From positions 76,793 to 140,792 of the forward strand of contig JAGOUR010000001.1 in assembly GCA_018061145.1 (NCBI GenBank): DNA of 64,000 bases, given 5' to 3'. The notes beneath the pieces were generated by a model. That model had not been told where the DNA came from. It saw only the letters and a list, made by a program, of their open reading frames with translations, and searched no databases. This stretch comes from Minisyncoccota bacterium. GTDB lineage: Bacteria > Patescibacteriota > Minisyncoccia > Phycocordibacterales > UBA9973. The position numbers and the translations under genes were made by a program. This document shows positions 1 through 9,296 of this stretch, piece by piece (positions within the stretch are counted from its first letter, which is position 1; each line of letters opens with the position of its first letter).

Positions 1-3000
1 GAGCATCTTGACCATCATGAACTAGGACCATTATAGGCAAAGTAGTGTACAAACTACCAGCGAGTGCTGTCTCACCGTATACAGTCCACACGATAGATCC
101 ACTGTATCCAGTTTTTACAGTAGAACTACTTACAGACATAGAATCAGTCAGAGCATTGTTACTTGTACTTGTAGCCATAATCCACACAGGCGTACCCGCA
201 AGCAAATTACTACCATTAGTACGAGTAGCCCTGATATCATCTGCCCAAGTAGCACGAGTGACTCCAGTTAAATTATTTCCACTTATACCTGTATACTTAA
301 GAATTTCATTATTTATCTTAATGTACCCTGAAGATTTTAATTTAGCTGTACTTGATAGCTTGATTGTAGTTGAATTTACAAGAGGACTTGATCCTAGGAC
401 TGTACCCACATTGTAAAACACACGTGCATCATAATTTGGATTAGTTTTATTGTTATTTGTAGAGTCTGTCAGCTTGTATGTAATAGTCACATCTTTTGTA
501 TCAGAATCTTGTGTAGGTATCACATTATCCACTACAGAAGCATTCACGCTAGACCCAGCTCCTTCACCATAGTTTGGACTTCCATCTGGCTTTGCAAGGA
601 TAGATTCACCGACACGCATAGATGTATTACCTGATGAATTTTTTACACCTAGACGATATTTATAATAGTAAGTAGAGGTCAACTCTTTATGTATATAATA
701 ATTTGTACTATAAGAAGACAGTGTGTCTAGTGGATCTGGCACAGAAGCATAGTCAGAGTAAGTTGATCCATTTGTCGAATATGAGTATTCCAATACATAT
801 GAATCAAACCCTGTAGCAGGAGCACTTAATTGCTGCCAGCTGACATACAGCTGATTTACCAAAGGAGAAACATTTATATTTGAAGTATCTTGAATCAAAA
901 ATGTATCTGCACTGATCGGAGCGAGAGTTGAAGTAGTAGTCTCTGTTGTGATGTTTCCATAAATATCTTTAAATTGATATTTAATAGATTTCACTTCTTC
1001 ATCTGAATCGAGTGTCCAAGGTATCGTAGTAGATTCAGTAATAGATACCCAGCCAGTATCGACAGGTGTACTATTTGTATTTGTATCTTGAATTCTGTAT
1101 TTAAGAGCAGAAGCATCTGATGGCTTTGTAATTGTTACAACTCCTGACTCAGACAACCCACCAACACCAGCATCGAAAGTAGCAATACCAGAAGCTGGTT
1201 TTGTGCTATCTATCACTACACTACTATCAGTAGCGCTCGCTGTGTTATTTGTAGTGTGACCATCATCAATAGTTACCTTGAATGTTGCGGTAGATGTAGA
1301 TACGGATTCTGCTGTTGGAGTCCAATACACAGTATGTGTAGTATATCCAGAATTTGTGACAGATGTGCCAGCACTAGGCAGACTCACTGTTGTCCAGTTC
1401 GTACCACCAGCAGGATCATATTGGAATATAGGAGTGATTGATGTATCATCAGAATCTGTATCTTTAATCCTGTATTGGATTTTTACAGTACCTAGTACAT
1501 CAGCACCACCTGCCTCTATATCAGAAATCTGATCAACTATTATTCCATTACCACCACCAAAGCTTGAGTCAAATTCTGGAGCAGCATTGTAGCTAACAGT
1601 GTTTGAATCTCCAACAGACACATTACCAAATGCATCAGTTATCTTTACATATATAGTCTCATCACGAGTTGTCATGATCCAAGGCCATGATTTAGCTGTA
1701 GCGGTATTTGCAGCAAACCCATCACCAGGTGAAGAAAGTGTTGCTAGGGTACCATTTGAATTTGCTCCATACCAATTAGTCTGATCTTTTGAAAATTGTA
1801 CATATATAGTCTCAGTACTAGGTATACCTGTGATAGAAGCGAGGGACAGTGAAATAGTAGAGTCAGTAGATTCTACAGCACTTGCGCTACTATCTATGAG
1901 CATTGAACTTGATGTCATAGAAGCCGCAGCAGCATCCAGATCAATATCTGCAGTATCTGTAGCGAGCATATTTCCTGAAGCCCCATCATTTACCACTATT
2001 TTTATAGATGGTGCTCCGACTGAAGAATCATATTGATATCCTGGAGCATCATCTGATACTGTCCAAGATATTGTTTTACCTGATCCTACATTTGACAATC
2101 CATCCCCAGTAGCACTCGCTGCGTATACGTATATCACTGCACCTGCAGTATGCAGTGCTTTTGTTGTACGATCACCCACATTACCATTTACAGCTGTTCC
2201 TCTTGTGATACCTGTAAGTGTTGATCCTGATTTTCCTGTATAAGTTATTATTTCATCATCAATCAATACAGATCCAGCTGAAGGGAAATAACTTGGAACA
2301 GTAGTAGATAAAGTTATAGCACTAGTAGATGTAGTACTTGTAATATTCGCGCCCAATGTTAGACCAGAACGATAGAACATTGCATTTGAAGTCTGAGTAG
2401 ACCCAGAATCGTCTGTGGTAAATGTCACTGACAATACACCATTACTATCCTCTGTTGTGCTGCTTGCGATAGATACAGTAGGTGGTTCGTTTGTAAACTT
2501 AAATACATAAGAGAAAGCAGGAGATTCTGAATTGTTTGCATTATCCGCAGATCTTACATGAACTCTATAATAATGATCTATATCAAACAACACAGAAGAA
2601 GTGTCATAAGACCATGAACCATTACTATAAGTAGCAGTCATATAATTTTCAGAAACAGAATCAAATATACTTCCCCCAAAATAATTTCCTGAAGTAGCAT
2701 TGTCTGTGCCTCTATCTTGTATTGAAATCTCTACGATTCGCAAACCAGAACCATTTGTATTATCAGCTGAAGTTCCAGATATAGAGTTTACATTGTATGC
2801 TTCTTTTGGATTTGCAGCGTCTCCTAGGGCAGTACAAGAATTACCACCACTACAGATAGAGTTCACAGTAGAAGCCTGAGGTAGGCCCGTATCTACAACG
2901 AAATTTAGTGTATTTGAATATGTAGAATAGTTACCTGCAGCATCTTTAGCTCTTACTTTAAAGTACCATGTACCATCTGATAGTGCTGACGGTGTGTACG

Positions 3001-6000
3001 AATTTGTACCACTTGTCACACTTATCGCTGTAGGGCCAGAAAAGTCAACAGTCTGGGCGCCATCAATATAGTATGGAGTAGTAGAATGCAAACCTGCACC
3101 ACTATCAGTAGCAGCATCCCATGTCAAAATTGGAGTATTGTCATTGGTATAATTACCATTAACTGTAGTTGTAGCGAGATTACTTGGTGGGACTTCCGGG
3201 GCTACATTGTCCACATTTACAAAAGTATTAGAACAAACATAACTTGAGTTTCCAGCTTTATCTGTGTATGCGATACCTATATAGTTATTGCCACCTAGGA
3301 GCGTAGCAGCATATGGTGACGCAGTATCTGTACCTAGAAGTGTACCACCTGTTCTAGAATTACACGCACCAGAAGTAGAGTATGTAGTCAAAGTATACGG
3401 GGTCGCATGCATACCACTACCACCTACATCGCTACCACTTGTATATGTAACTGTATATTCAGTAGTAGCCTGATATACAGGAGTAGCTGCCGGGTCAGTA
3501 ACTGCTCCTGCTGTAGGTGCAGTTTTGTCGAATAGAACTGTTCCCGTTACTCCATTTGTATTTTGGGTTACAGCTACTCCAGCATTTCCAGCATAGTCAC
3601 CAAATGATACAGAGTAAGTCACATTTCCATTACCATCATTTGAACTTGCAGTAAATTCTGATTTCCAATTAGATGCACTAAGATTTGTTGCTACACCTGA
3701 ATTAGATACACTATATGCCGGTGTGCCATTTACATAAAATGATACAGTAGGACCAGGTGAAAAATTACTCATTTCACTCATAGTAAAAGTAAGTCTGACA
3801 ACATCGCCTACTTTTGCATACAGAGGGTCTGAACCTAGAGAAGTAAGAGTCACAGATGAGAGTGTTGGTTTTATTCCATCGACAACTATAACACCATTTG
3901 CTGCAAGATTTGTAATAGGCGTAAAATTGATCATCGCATTACCAGCCTCATCAGTTATAGACCCTGAAATGTTTGACACATTCAATTGACCAGATTCTTC
4001 TGTTTCAGCAACAGTATAAGTACAATCAGCAGTATTTGTAGCTACAGAAATAGCTGAGATAGTACAAGTGCCACCTGTATCCATAGTCAAAACAATTGAA
4101 CCAGAAGAAGTCACCTCCTCAGAAAATTGGACTCGAATACCCACATTATTACCTATTATATAGTTACCATAAGCACTCAAAGGAGTTGTAATATTTGAGA
4201 CTCTTGGAGCTGTAGCATCAACGACAACAGTAAATGTGCCTGAAGTACTTTCGTTACCTGCAGCATCTGTAGCTTTTAGGCGTACATACCAAGTACCATC
4301 AGCCATACTTGCCGCTGTATATGATGTTCCAGATTGAGCAGATGAAGTGACTAGACCTGTAGAGAATCCTGAGTTTGTAGCATATTGGATTACATATGGA
4401 GAAGCAGCTAGACCTGATACAGCATCAGTAGCAGCTGTCCAAGTCCATGTTGGAGTATTGTCATTTGTTGGAGTTGTTCCTGTTGGGGTTGAAGACAAGA
4501 CATTTGGACCGTTCGCATCAACGACAACAGTAAATGTGCCTGAAGTACTTTCGTTACCTGCAGCATCTGTAGCTTTTAGGCGTACATACCAAGTACCATC
4601 AGCCATACTTGCCGCTGTATATGATGTTCCAGATTGAGCAGATGAAGTGACTAGACCTGTAGAGAATCCTGAGTTTGTAGCATATTGGATTACATATGGA
4701 GAAGCAGCTAGACCTGATACAGCATCAGTAGCAGCTGTCCAAGTCCATGTTGGAGTATTGTCATTTGTTGGAGTTGTTCCTGTTGGGGTTGAAGACAAGA
4801 CATTTGGACCGTTCGCATCAACGACAAAGGACGCTACAGACAAGCTAGATGAAGCATTTCCAACAGCATCAGTAACAGTAATTGTACAGTTACTATAAGT
4901 CCCATCAGTTAGAGTATTAAATGTGATAGTATTTGAACCCACTATTGCAGAAGTTGTAGCTGAACTACAAGATCCGCCATATGAGATAGTTCCAGCTTCG
5001 TTTGTTGTAAAAACATAATTAGGAGTGTTGTCTGTTGTAGGTGTTGATATTGGTGTCACTACAGATATTGTAGGAGCAGTATTATCAATTGTAAGCCATC
5101 CAGAAAGAACACTAGAAGACTGATTTCCATAAGCATCTACAGCTACCACGTCATATACAGCATCGTTAATAGCATTAGAAGCTGGAACAGTAGCAGAATA
5201 TGCTGTTCCTGAAACAGCATTAGATTGTATAGTAAAAGCATTTTTTGCGGTTGTTAGAGTGGCAAAATCATCAACATAGCTCACTTTTGTCTCTACGCTA
5301 GGAGTACCAGTACAACTACTTCCACTTTTAGCACCACTATATGATATAGCTCTTATTAAAATTGCTCCATGATTACTTACTGTTGCACTACTACCGTTTG
5401 TGGCATTCGAAGATGCTCCTGGAGCAGTTCCATCTGTAGTATAAGCGATACAAGCACCGGCTGTGATATTAGTACCAGAAGCAGCAGAAATTGTTGTAGT
5501 TGTTGTCGCTGAACCTAATCCTGAATTAGAGAATGTAGGAATTGCATCAACAGCAGTTGTGGTTGCAGACAAAGTAAACGCCACTACCACTATACCTGTT
5601 CCACCTTGAAAATACGGAGTTGGAGCAGTATCTACACCTCCACCTCCATTACCAGTGTTTGCGAAACCAGCAACAGCACCCAAATTAGTAGATGAGGTTG
5701 TTTGATTATGACCATCTCCACCTCGACCAAATAAACCACCTGAAGTAGTTATTCCGACATATGAGGGATTATATATAGTAGAAGTAAAACCATTAGCACC
5801 TCGACCACCGTAAGTTCCATTAACAATAGCACCTCCCGCTGTAGTTACTCCATTTATAATACTACTACCTCCAACAGCATTACCCCAGTTATCTCTGGTT
5901 GCTCCATCAGCAGCAACTCCACCTGCAGCAGATCTTATAACACCGAATGAAGATGTACCTCCATTATTTCTAACCCAAGGATACGGAACTGAATTTATCC

Positions 6001-6817
6001 AACCAGCAGCACCTACTGTCACAGTATGTGTCCCTACTCCAATAGTATTACCCGTAGTCTCACTCACGGAACCTCCATTACCTCCACCACCAGAGTTTAG
6101 GTTACCCGGGGCCCCACCACCAACCACTAAGATAGTAGCGTTGCTTATTGCACTACTCGTCTGAAAACTTCCAGATGAATTAAATACATATTTATAATTA
6201 CTACCACTACCTGAATTTGTTGCACCCACAACAGTAGGAGCGCTTGGAACCTGAGTTACTCTTAGAATATATGTTGTATCAATATAACCAGCCTTTTGAA
6301 CTACAACCGTAACAGTCGAAGTCGTAGAAGAGATACTGATACCAGTCAAAGCCTGCCCTGAAGTCCTAGATGTCCCGTTTACTGTAATTGTCGCACCAGC
6401 CAATGTAGCAGCTACACTTATAGTAGACCCTGACGCGGTCAAACTAGGATATAGATACTGACCACCAGAAAATCCAGATACTGTGACACCATCAATAGTC
6501 AGATCTGTTAAGTTTGCGGGGGAATTCAATTTTAAAGATCCATAATTCTGCCTCTTTGCATATAGAGTACTCGCACCACCTGCATCTGTAGCGGTGACTG
6601 TATTTGCTCCGGAAGAATCCCCACTCCTCAAGATGACATTGCTTCCAGTTTTAGAAACAGTCGGAGCCGTTGTATCCATCACAGCAGCATAAACAATATC
6701 TGCGTTCGAAGAAGAAAAGACCACGGACACGATAATTGCGAATGCTATGAATTTCGGAGTGAGAGTAAATATTCCTCTGCGCAGTTTTCTATTAAATTTT
6801 GTTAGTGGATTTTTCAT
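1..6817 (-). CDS. Giant secreted/cell-surface repeat protein, N-terminal ~2270 aa (partial; ORF continues past window start)
   Basis: Manual reverse-strand translation from ATG at 6817-6815 gives MKNPLTKFNRKLRRGIFTLTPKFIAFAIIVSVVFSSS (signal/TM anchor). The rest is Thr/Ser/Gly-rich sequence with repeated ~100-aa Ig/Fn3-like modules (motifs DNTPTWTWTA, TDAAGNES) and a Gly-rich block. No stop-terminated minus-strand ORF >=60 aa is listed in 1-6826 and only short antisense plus-strand ORFs occur, consistent with one open frame running off the window edge. I translated about 6817->4500 by eye; the rest is inferred. Confidence 0.7.
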   Translation of the reverse strand, partial: MKNPLTKFNRKLRRGIFTLTPKFIAFAIIVSVVFSSSNADIVYAAVMDTTAPTVSKTGSNVILRSGDSSGANTVTATDAGGASTLYAKRQNYGSLKLNSPANLTDLTIDGVTVSGFSGGQYLYPSLTASGSTISVAATLAGATITVNGTSRTSGQALTGISISSTTSTVTVVVQKAGYIDTTYILRVTQVPSAPTVVGATNSGSGSNYKYVFNSSGSFQTSSAISNATILVVGGGAPGNLNSGGGGNGGSVSETTGNTIGVGTHTVTVGAAGWINSVPYPWVRNNGGTSSFGVIRSAAGGVAADGATRDNWGNAVGGSSIINGVTTAGGAIVNGTYGGRGANGFTSTIYNPSYVGITTSGGLFGRGGDGHNQTTSSTNLGAVAGFANTGNGGGGVDTAPTPYFQGGTGIVVVAFTLSATTTAVDAIPTFSNSGLGSATTTTTISAASGTNITAGACIAYTTDGTAPGASSNATNGSSATVSNHGAILIRAISYSGAKSGSSCTGTPSVETKVSYVDDFATLTTAKNAFTIQSNAVSGTAYSATVPASNAINDAVYDVVAVDAYGNQSSSVLSGWLTIDNTAPTISVVTPISTPTTDNTPNYVFTTNEAGTISYGGSCSSATTSAIVGSNTITFNTLTDGTYSNCTITVTDAVGNASSSLSVASFVVDANGPNVLSSTPTGTTPTNDNTPTWTWTAATDAVSGLAASPYVIQYATNSGFSTGLVTSSAQSGTSYTAASMADGTWYVRLKATDAAGNESTSGTFTVVVDANGPNVLSSTPTGTTPTNDNTPTWTWTAATDAVSGLAASPYVIQYATNSGFSTGLVTSSAQSGTSYTAASMADGTWYVRLKATDAAGNESTSGTFTVVVDATAPRVSNITTPLSAYGNYIIGNNVGIRVQFSEEVTSSGSIVLTMDTGGTCTISAISVATNTADCTYTVAETEESGQLNVSNISGSITDEAGNAMINFTPITNLAANGVIVVDGIKPTLSSVTLTSLGSDPLYAKVGDVVRLTFTMSEMSNFSPGPTVSFYVNGTPAYSVSNSGVATNLSASNWKSEFTASSNDGNGNVTYSVSFGDYAGNAGVAVTQNTNGVTGTVLFDKTAPTAGAVTDPAATPVYQATTEYTVTYTSGSDVGGSGMHATPYTLTTYSTSGACNSRTGGTLLGTDTASPYAATLLGGNNYIGIAYTDKAGNSSYVCSNTFVNVDNVAPEVPPSNLATTTVNGNYTNDNTPILTWDAATDSGAGLHSTTPYYIDGAQTVDFSGPTAISVTSGTNSYTPSALSDGTWYFKVRAKDAAGNYSTYSNTLNFVVDTGLPQASTVNSICSGGNSCTALGDAANPKEAYNVNSISGTSADNTNGSGLRIVEISIQDRGTDNATSGNYFGGSIFDSVSENYMTATYSNGSWSYDTSSVLFDIDHYYRVHVRSADNANNSESPAFSYVFKFTNEPPTVSIASSTTEDSNGVLSVTFTTDDSGSTQTSNAMFYRSGLTLGANITSTTSTSAITLSTTVPSYFPSAGSVLIDDEIITYTGKSGSTLTGITRGTAVNGNVGDRTTKALHTAGAVIYVYAASATGDGLSNVGSGKTISWTVSDDAPGYQYDSSVGAPSIKIVVNDGASGNMLATDTADIDLDAAAASMTSSSMLIDSSASAVESTDSTISLSLASITGIPSTETIYVQFSKDQTNWYGANSNGTLATLSSPGDGFAANTATAKSWPWIMTTRDETIYVKITDAFGNVSVGDSNTVSYNAAPEFDSSFGGGNGIIVDQISDIEAGGADVLGTVKIQYRIKDTDSDDTSITPIFQYDPAGGTNWTTVSLPSAGTSVTNSGYTTHTVYWTPTAESVSTSTATFKVTIDDGHTTNNTASATDSSVVIDSTKPASGIATFDAGVGGLSESGVVTITKPSDASALKYRIQDTNTNSTPVDTGWVSITESTTIPWTLDSDEEVKSIKYQFKDIYGNITTETTTSTLAPISADTFLIQDTSNINVSPLVNQLYVSWQQLSAPATGFDSYVLEYSYSTNGSTYSDYASVPDPLDTLSSYSTNYYIHKELTSTYYYKYRLGVKNSSGNTSMRVGESILAKPDGSPNYGEGAGSSVNASVVDNVIPTQDSDTKDVTITYKLTDSTNNNKTNPNYDARVFYNVGTVLGSSPLVNSTTIKLSSTAKLKSSGYIKINNEILKYTGISGNNLTGVTRATWADDIRATRTNGSNLLAGTPVWIMATSTSNNALTDSMSVSSSTVKTGYSGSIVWTVYGETALAGSLYTTLPIMVLVHDGQDA
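4216..4827. repeat. Perfect tandem duplication of a 300-bp unit (~2.04 copies, 100% identical) in frame inside the giant surface-protein CDS; each unit encodes one ~100-aa Ig-like module
   Basis: seq[4216..4527] is identical to seq[4516..4827] (offset exactly 300). The ORF-track entries 4347-4637 and 4647-4898 (+, antisense) share an identical 60-aa prefix, confirming the period. Confidence 0.9.
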
Positions 6818-7567
6818 TTGGTTATAATTTTGATTTTTAAAGTTTGTAAATATTTTTGTGAGATTTAATTTTTGACTACTGATCCCTCTCTGTATTTTTT
6901 CTGGGAGTAGCCTGAGTAAGTTTTTACTAATATGTTTTTCTAAAAATTTTGTTTGGATATTTTTTTCGTCTAGGTTTTTTGTTTGATGTTTTTGTCGATT
7001 GATTTTTACTCGGAGGTTGTAAAAGTATGTCAGATCTTTTTTGTGATCTTGATGAGTGGTTAGAACATTTTCTTTAATTGTTTTTTGAAAAAAGTTTTTC
7101 ATTAAATTATTTTTTTGTTCTAAAATATTTCTCTACAAAAAAGTATAACACTCACGTGTAATTAAAACAAAATTTTTTTATAAAAAAACTGTTGATAACT
7201 TTTTTAATTTGTAAAAATATTTTTTAAAAAAATTTATTTTCATAAAAAATATTTCATATTTACTTTGTAAGGTTTGATTCCGGAATGAGCAAAATTGTTA
7301 TGTATATATTATAAATCAAATAACATAAATAAGATACACTTTTCACAAGAAAAACTGGCGAACAAAAAGGGGAATAATGACACTGAATAAAACAGCAATC
7401 AAACACCAGAAAAACATCCGACTCCCCTATTATTTATTCAAAAAAATTTGAATAAAGTAATGAATCAAAGCTATGTGTAACCGAGAAAGATATTGGAAGT
7501 AAAAAATATTTTATATATAAACAAAATAATTCAAATAATATTTAAAAAAATAAATTAATAAAGATAT

Positions 7568-7658
7568 GTAAACCTTAATAAAGTATCCATAAAATATCTT
7601 TATTTATTCACATCTTTAGTATTGTTTATTAAGGTTTACTAATGTATACTATATACAT
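7568..7658. promoter_or_regulatory. Nested palindromes upstream of and overlapping the HTH gene start: a 15-bp perfect inverted repeat and a 17-bp palindrome
   Basis: The 15-bp inverted repeat is GTAAACCTTAATAAA at 7568-7582 and TTTATTAAGGTTTAC at 7625-7639, separated by 42 bp. The 17-bp palindrome ATGTATActaTATACAT lies at 7642-7658 and spans the first ATG. Seen directly in the sequence. Confidence 0.6.
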
Positions 7659-7935
7659 GACAAAGAACAAATTATACATAAATATTAAAGAAGCATCCGA
7701 AATGCTAGGGGTCACCCCACTGACACTCCGCAACTGGGACAAGAGTGGTAAGCTATCTGCTCGTAGACATCCGATATCTAACTACCGAGTCTACCTCCGG
7801 GAGGACATCGACAAGCTGATCAATAGAATGGAATCAGGAGAGAAGCCCACTCCCCGCCCAACCAAAGCCAAAAAGGAGGTGGCGGAGGACAAGCCGAAAA
7901 TATTCAACCTCAAAGTTCTCCACCTACGAGATTAA
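7642..7935 (+). CDS. Small MerR/excisionase-type HTH DNA-binding protein with no effector domain; alternative start at ATG 7657
   Basis: LGVTPLTLRNWDKSGKLSARRHPISNYRVYLREDIDKL resembles the MerR-family N-terminal HTH (LRyYEkkGLL...GYRlY). The Lys/Pro/Glu-rich tail has no recognisable effector domain. Confidence 0.6.
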   Translation: MYTIYMTKNKLYINIKEASEMLGVTPLTLRNWDKSGKLSARRHPISNYRVYLREDIDKLINRMESGEKPTPRPTKAKKEVAEDKPKIFNLKVLHLRD

Positions 7936-7944
7936 TAATAAAAA

Positions 7945-7974
7945 TGAGCGAGGCAGATGCCTCGCTCATTTTTA
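7945..7974. terminator. Bidirectional intrinsic terminator between the HTH gene and hpf
   Basis: Hairpin TGAGCGAGGCagatgCCTCGCTCA followed by TTTTTATT, with an A-run on the other side. Confidence 0.75.
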
Positions 7975-7977
7975 TTA

Positions 7978-8367
7978 TTAATCTTCGTATTTTGATGTAA
8001 ATGGATTCCTCTTTGATATCCCCTTTAGCATCTTTTTTACACTTCGAGCACCCCTACGATACAGATTCTCTTTCTTGTCTTTTTGATAAGTCATAGCCCT
8101 CTGTACCTCCTCCTTTGCATCGTCCACAGCATTGTACAGATCTTCTTTTTCAGACACAGCAAAGAATTTCTGACCATTGCTCCTTATCTCAATTTCGGCC
8201 TTGAAGTAATCTCCATTCTTGTGGTGATGGGTAGTCTTGCCCACTTCCACATAAACCACCGCACTCTCATCATTGATAAATTTTTCGAGAGACTCGACGC
8301 GCTTTGTGACATGGTCACGGATAGCATCGGTCAACTCCATTTGTGTACCCTTTATATTAATATTCAT
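7978..8367 (-). CDS. hpf: Ribosome hibernation promoting factor / RaiA (YfiA family)
   Basis: MNINIKGTQMELTDAIRDHVTKRVESLEKF...VVYVEV matches the HPF/RaiA N-terminal domain. I prefer the start at M18 (8367), because the 17 residues upstream in the ORF-track version overlap a palindrome. Confidence 0.85.
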   Translation of the reverse strand: MNINIKGTQMELTDAIRDHVTKRVESLEKFINDESAVVYVEVGKTTHHHKNGDYFKAEIEIRSNGQKFFAVSEKEDLYNAVDDAKEEVQRAMTYQKDKKENLYRRGARSVKKMLKGISKRNPFTSKYED

Positions 8368-8400
8368 ACCTACATTATACCACCAGGTTTGCACCATGTT

Positions 8401-8432
8401 AAATCCCTCACAATACATATTGTGAGGGATTT
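8401..8432. promoter_or_regulatory. Perfect palindrome (14-15-bp arms) in the hpf 5' leader, immediately after the yggU stop
   Basis: AAATCCCTCACAATAcaTATTGTGAGGGATTT. Not followed by a U-run on the minus strand, so it is not a classical terminator. The same AAATCCCTCAC stem sequence recurs in the hairpin at 38116-38143. Confidence 0.5.
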
Positions 8433-8434
8433 GC

Positions 8435-8674
8435 TTAGTCTAATATTGAGATTATCTTATGGGGGCTCTGGTGACCGGATATTAGTCTCACCTTACCTAC
8501 AGGGACGACTAGCTCACGAGAGATGATCTCTCGGATTCGAGTATTGGCCATGTTGCGCTCGGCAGGCTCTCGCACAGATATAGTATAGTGATCATCTCGA
8601 TCACGTAAAACTTGCTCCCTCTTGGCTCCCGCTGTGACTTGCACCTTGATATACATCCCATTAGAGATAGGCAA
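8435..8674 (-). CDS. yggU: DUF167 / YggU-family protein (UPF0235)
   Basis: 79 aa. YIKVQVTAGAKREQV...YTISVREPAERNMANTRIREIISRELVVPVGKVRLISG matches the DUF167 pattern (LKVrVtApPvdGkAN..l..fLa..l.v...v.i..G). Confidence 0.7.
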   Translation of the reverse strand: MPISNGMYIKVQVTAGAKREQVLRDRDDHYTISVREPAERNMANTRIREIISRELVVPVGKVRLISGHQSPHKIISILD

Positions 8675-8870
8675 TGTTTACATTACCGTATCTTATTTAT
8701 GTTTAGTAAAAAATACGACTTAATTTTATATTCATCCCAAATCAGAAAGAGAACATACACATCTCTAACGGGATACATCTCCTCATTTTGCACTATATTG
8801 ACGACAAAGACAAATAGTGTAAAATATAAAAAAACTTTCGTATATTAAAAACAATATTAAAACCTAAAAC

Positions 8871-9254
8871 ATGACAGACGAGACCAAAGAAAAAAAAGAA
8901 ATTATCCTTCTAAAAAATGACAAAAGGAAAGGACCTCGGGATACGAGCACCATTATTAAGGACATCATTGAATCAGAAATTTTCCCAAAACTAAAGGGTC
9001 AAAATCAGATTGATTTCATGATAAATTTAATCAGACTTTCCAGAAAAAATGAAGGTGCCTGGATCAAAGACCTTACTACACACAAGTATCTTGAAGAATG
9101 TAATCATTATGGATTGCAATTTGATGATTCGCATTACTCGTGCTTTGATGAATTTACAAAATTAGGATATCTTAAAAATGAAAAAGGTGGTTATGTTTAC
9201 AACATCACCACAAGCTTCATTGAAGAAGTACCTAGGATTAGACCTTCGCACTAG
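8871..9254 (+). CDS. Hypothetical protein (127 aa, Lys-rich)
   Basis: ORF with no recognisable motif. Confidence 0.45.
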   Translation: MTDETKEKKEIILLKNDKRKGPRDTSTIIKDIIESEIFPKLKGQNQIDFMINLIRLSRKNEGAWIKDLTTHKYLEECNHYGLQFDDSHYSCFDEFTKLGYLKNEKGGYVYNITTSFIEEVPRIRPSH

Positions 9255-9258
9255 CTAA

Positions 9259-9296
9259 ACAAAAAAGAGTGGCACATTATGTACCACTCTTTTTTA
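9259..9296. terminator. Bidirectional terminator between the convergent genes 8871-9254 and 9294-9728
   Basis: AGAGTGGCACattatGTACCACTCT flanked by an A-run and a T-run. Confidence 0.7.

Noticed and set aside
4216-4827. Could the identical 300-bp repeats be a CRISPR array or an IS element?
   Set aside because: The units are contiguous (no spacers) and exactly in frame within a coding sequence. They encode an Ig-like domain with no terminal inverted repeats or transposase. It is a coding tandem duplication.
45-4898. Plus-strand ORFs of 60-123 aa (45-416, 1256-1532, 1599-2036, 3288-3473, 4347-4898)
   Set aside because: All lie antisense to the giant minus-strand surface-protein ORF and have low-complexity, repeat-derived sequences. 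4347-4637 and 4647-4898 are simply the two copies of the 300-bp repeat read on the wrong strand.
8083-8526. 147-aa plus-strand ORF overlapping hpf
   Set aside because: It is antisense to a well-supported HPF gene and has no motif; a spurious ORF typical of AT-rich antisense frames.
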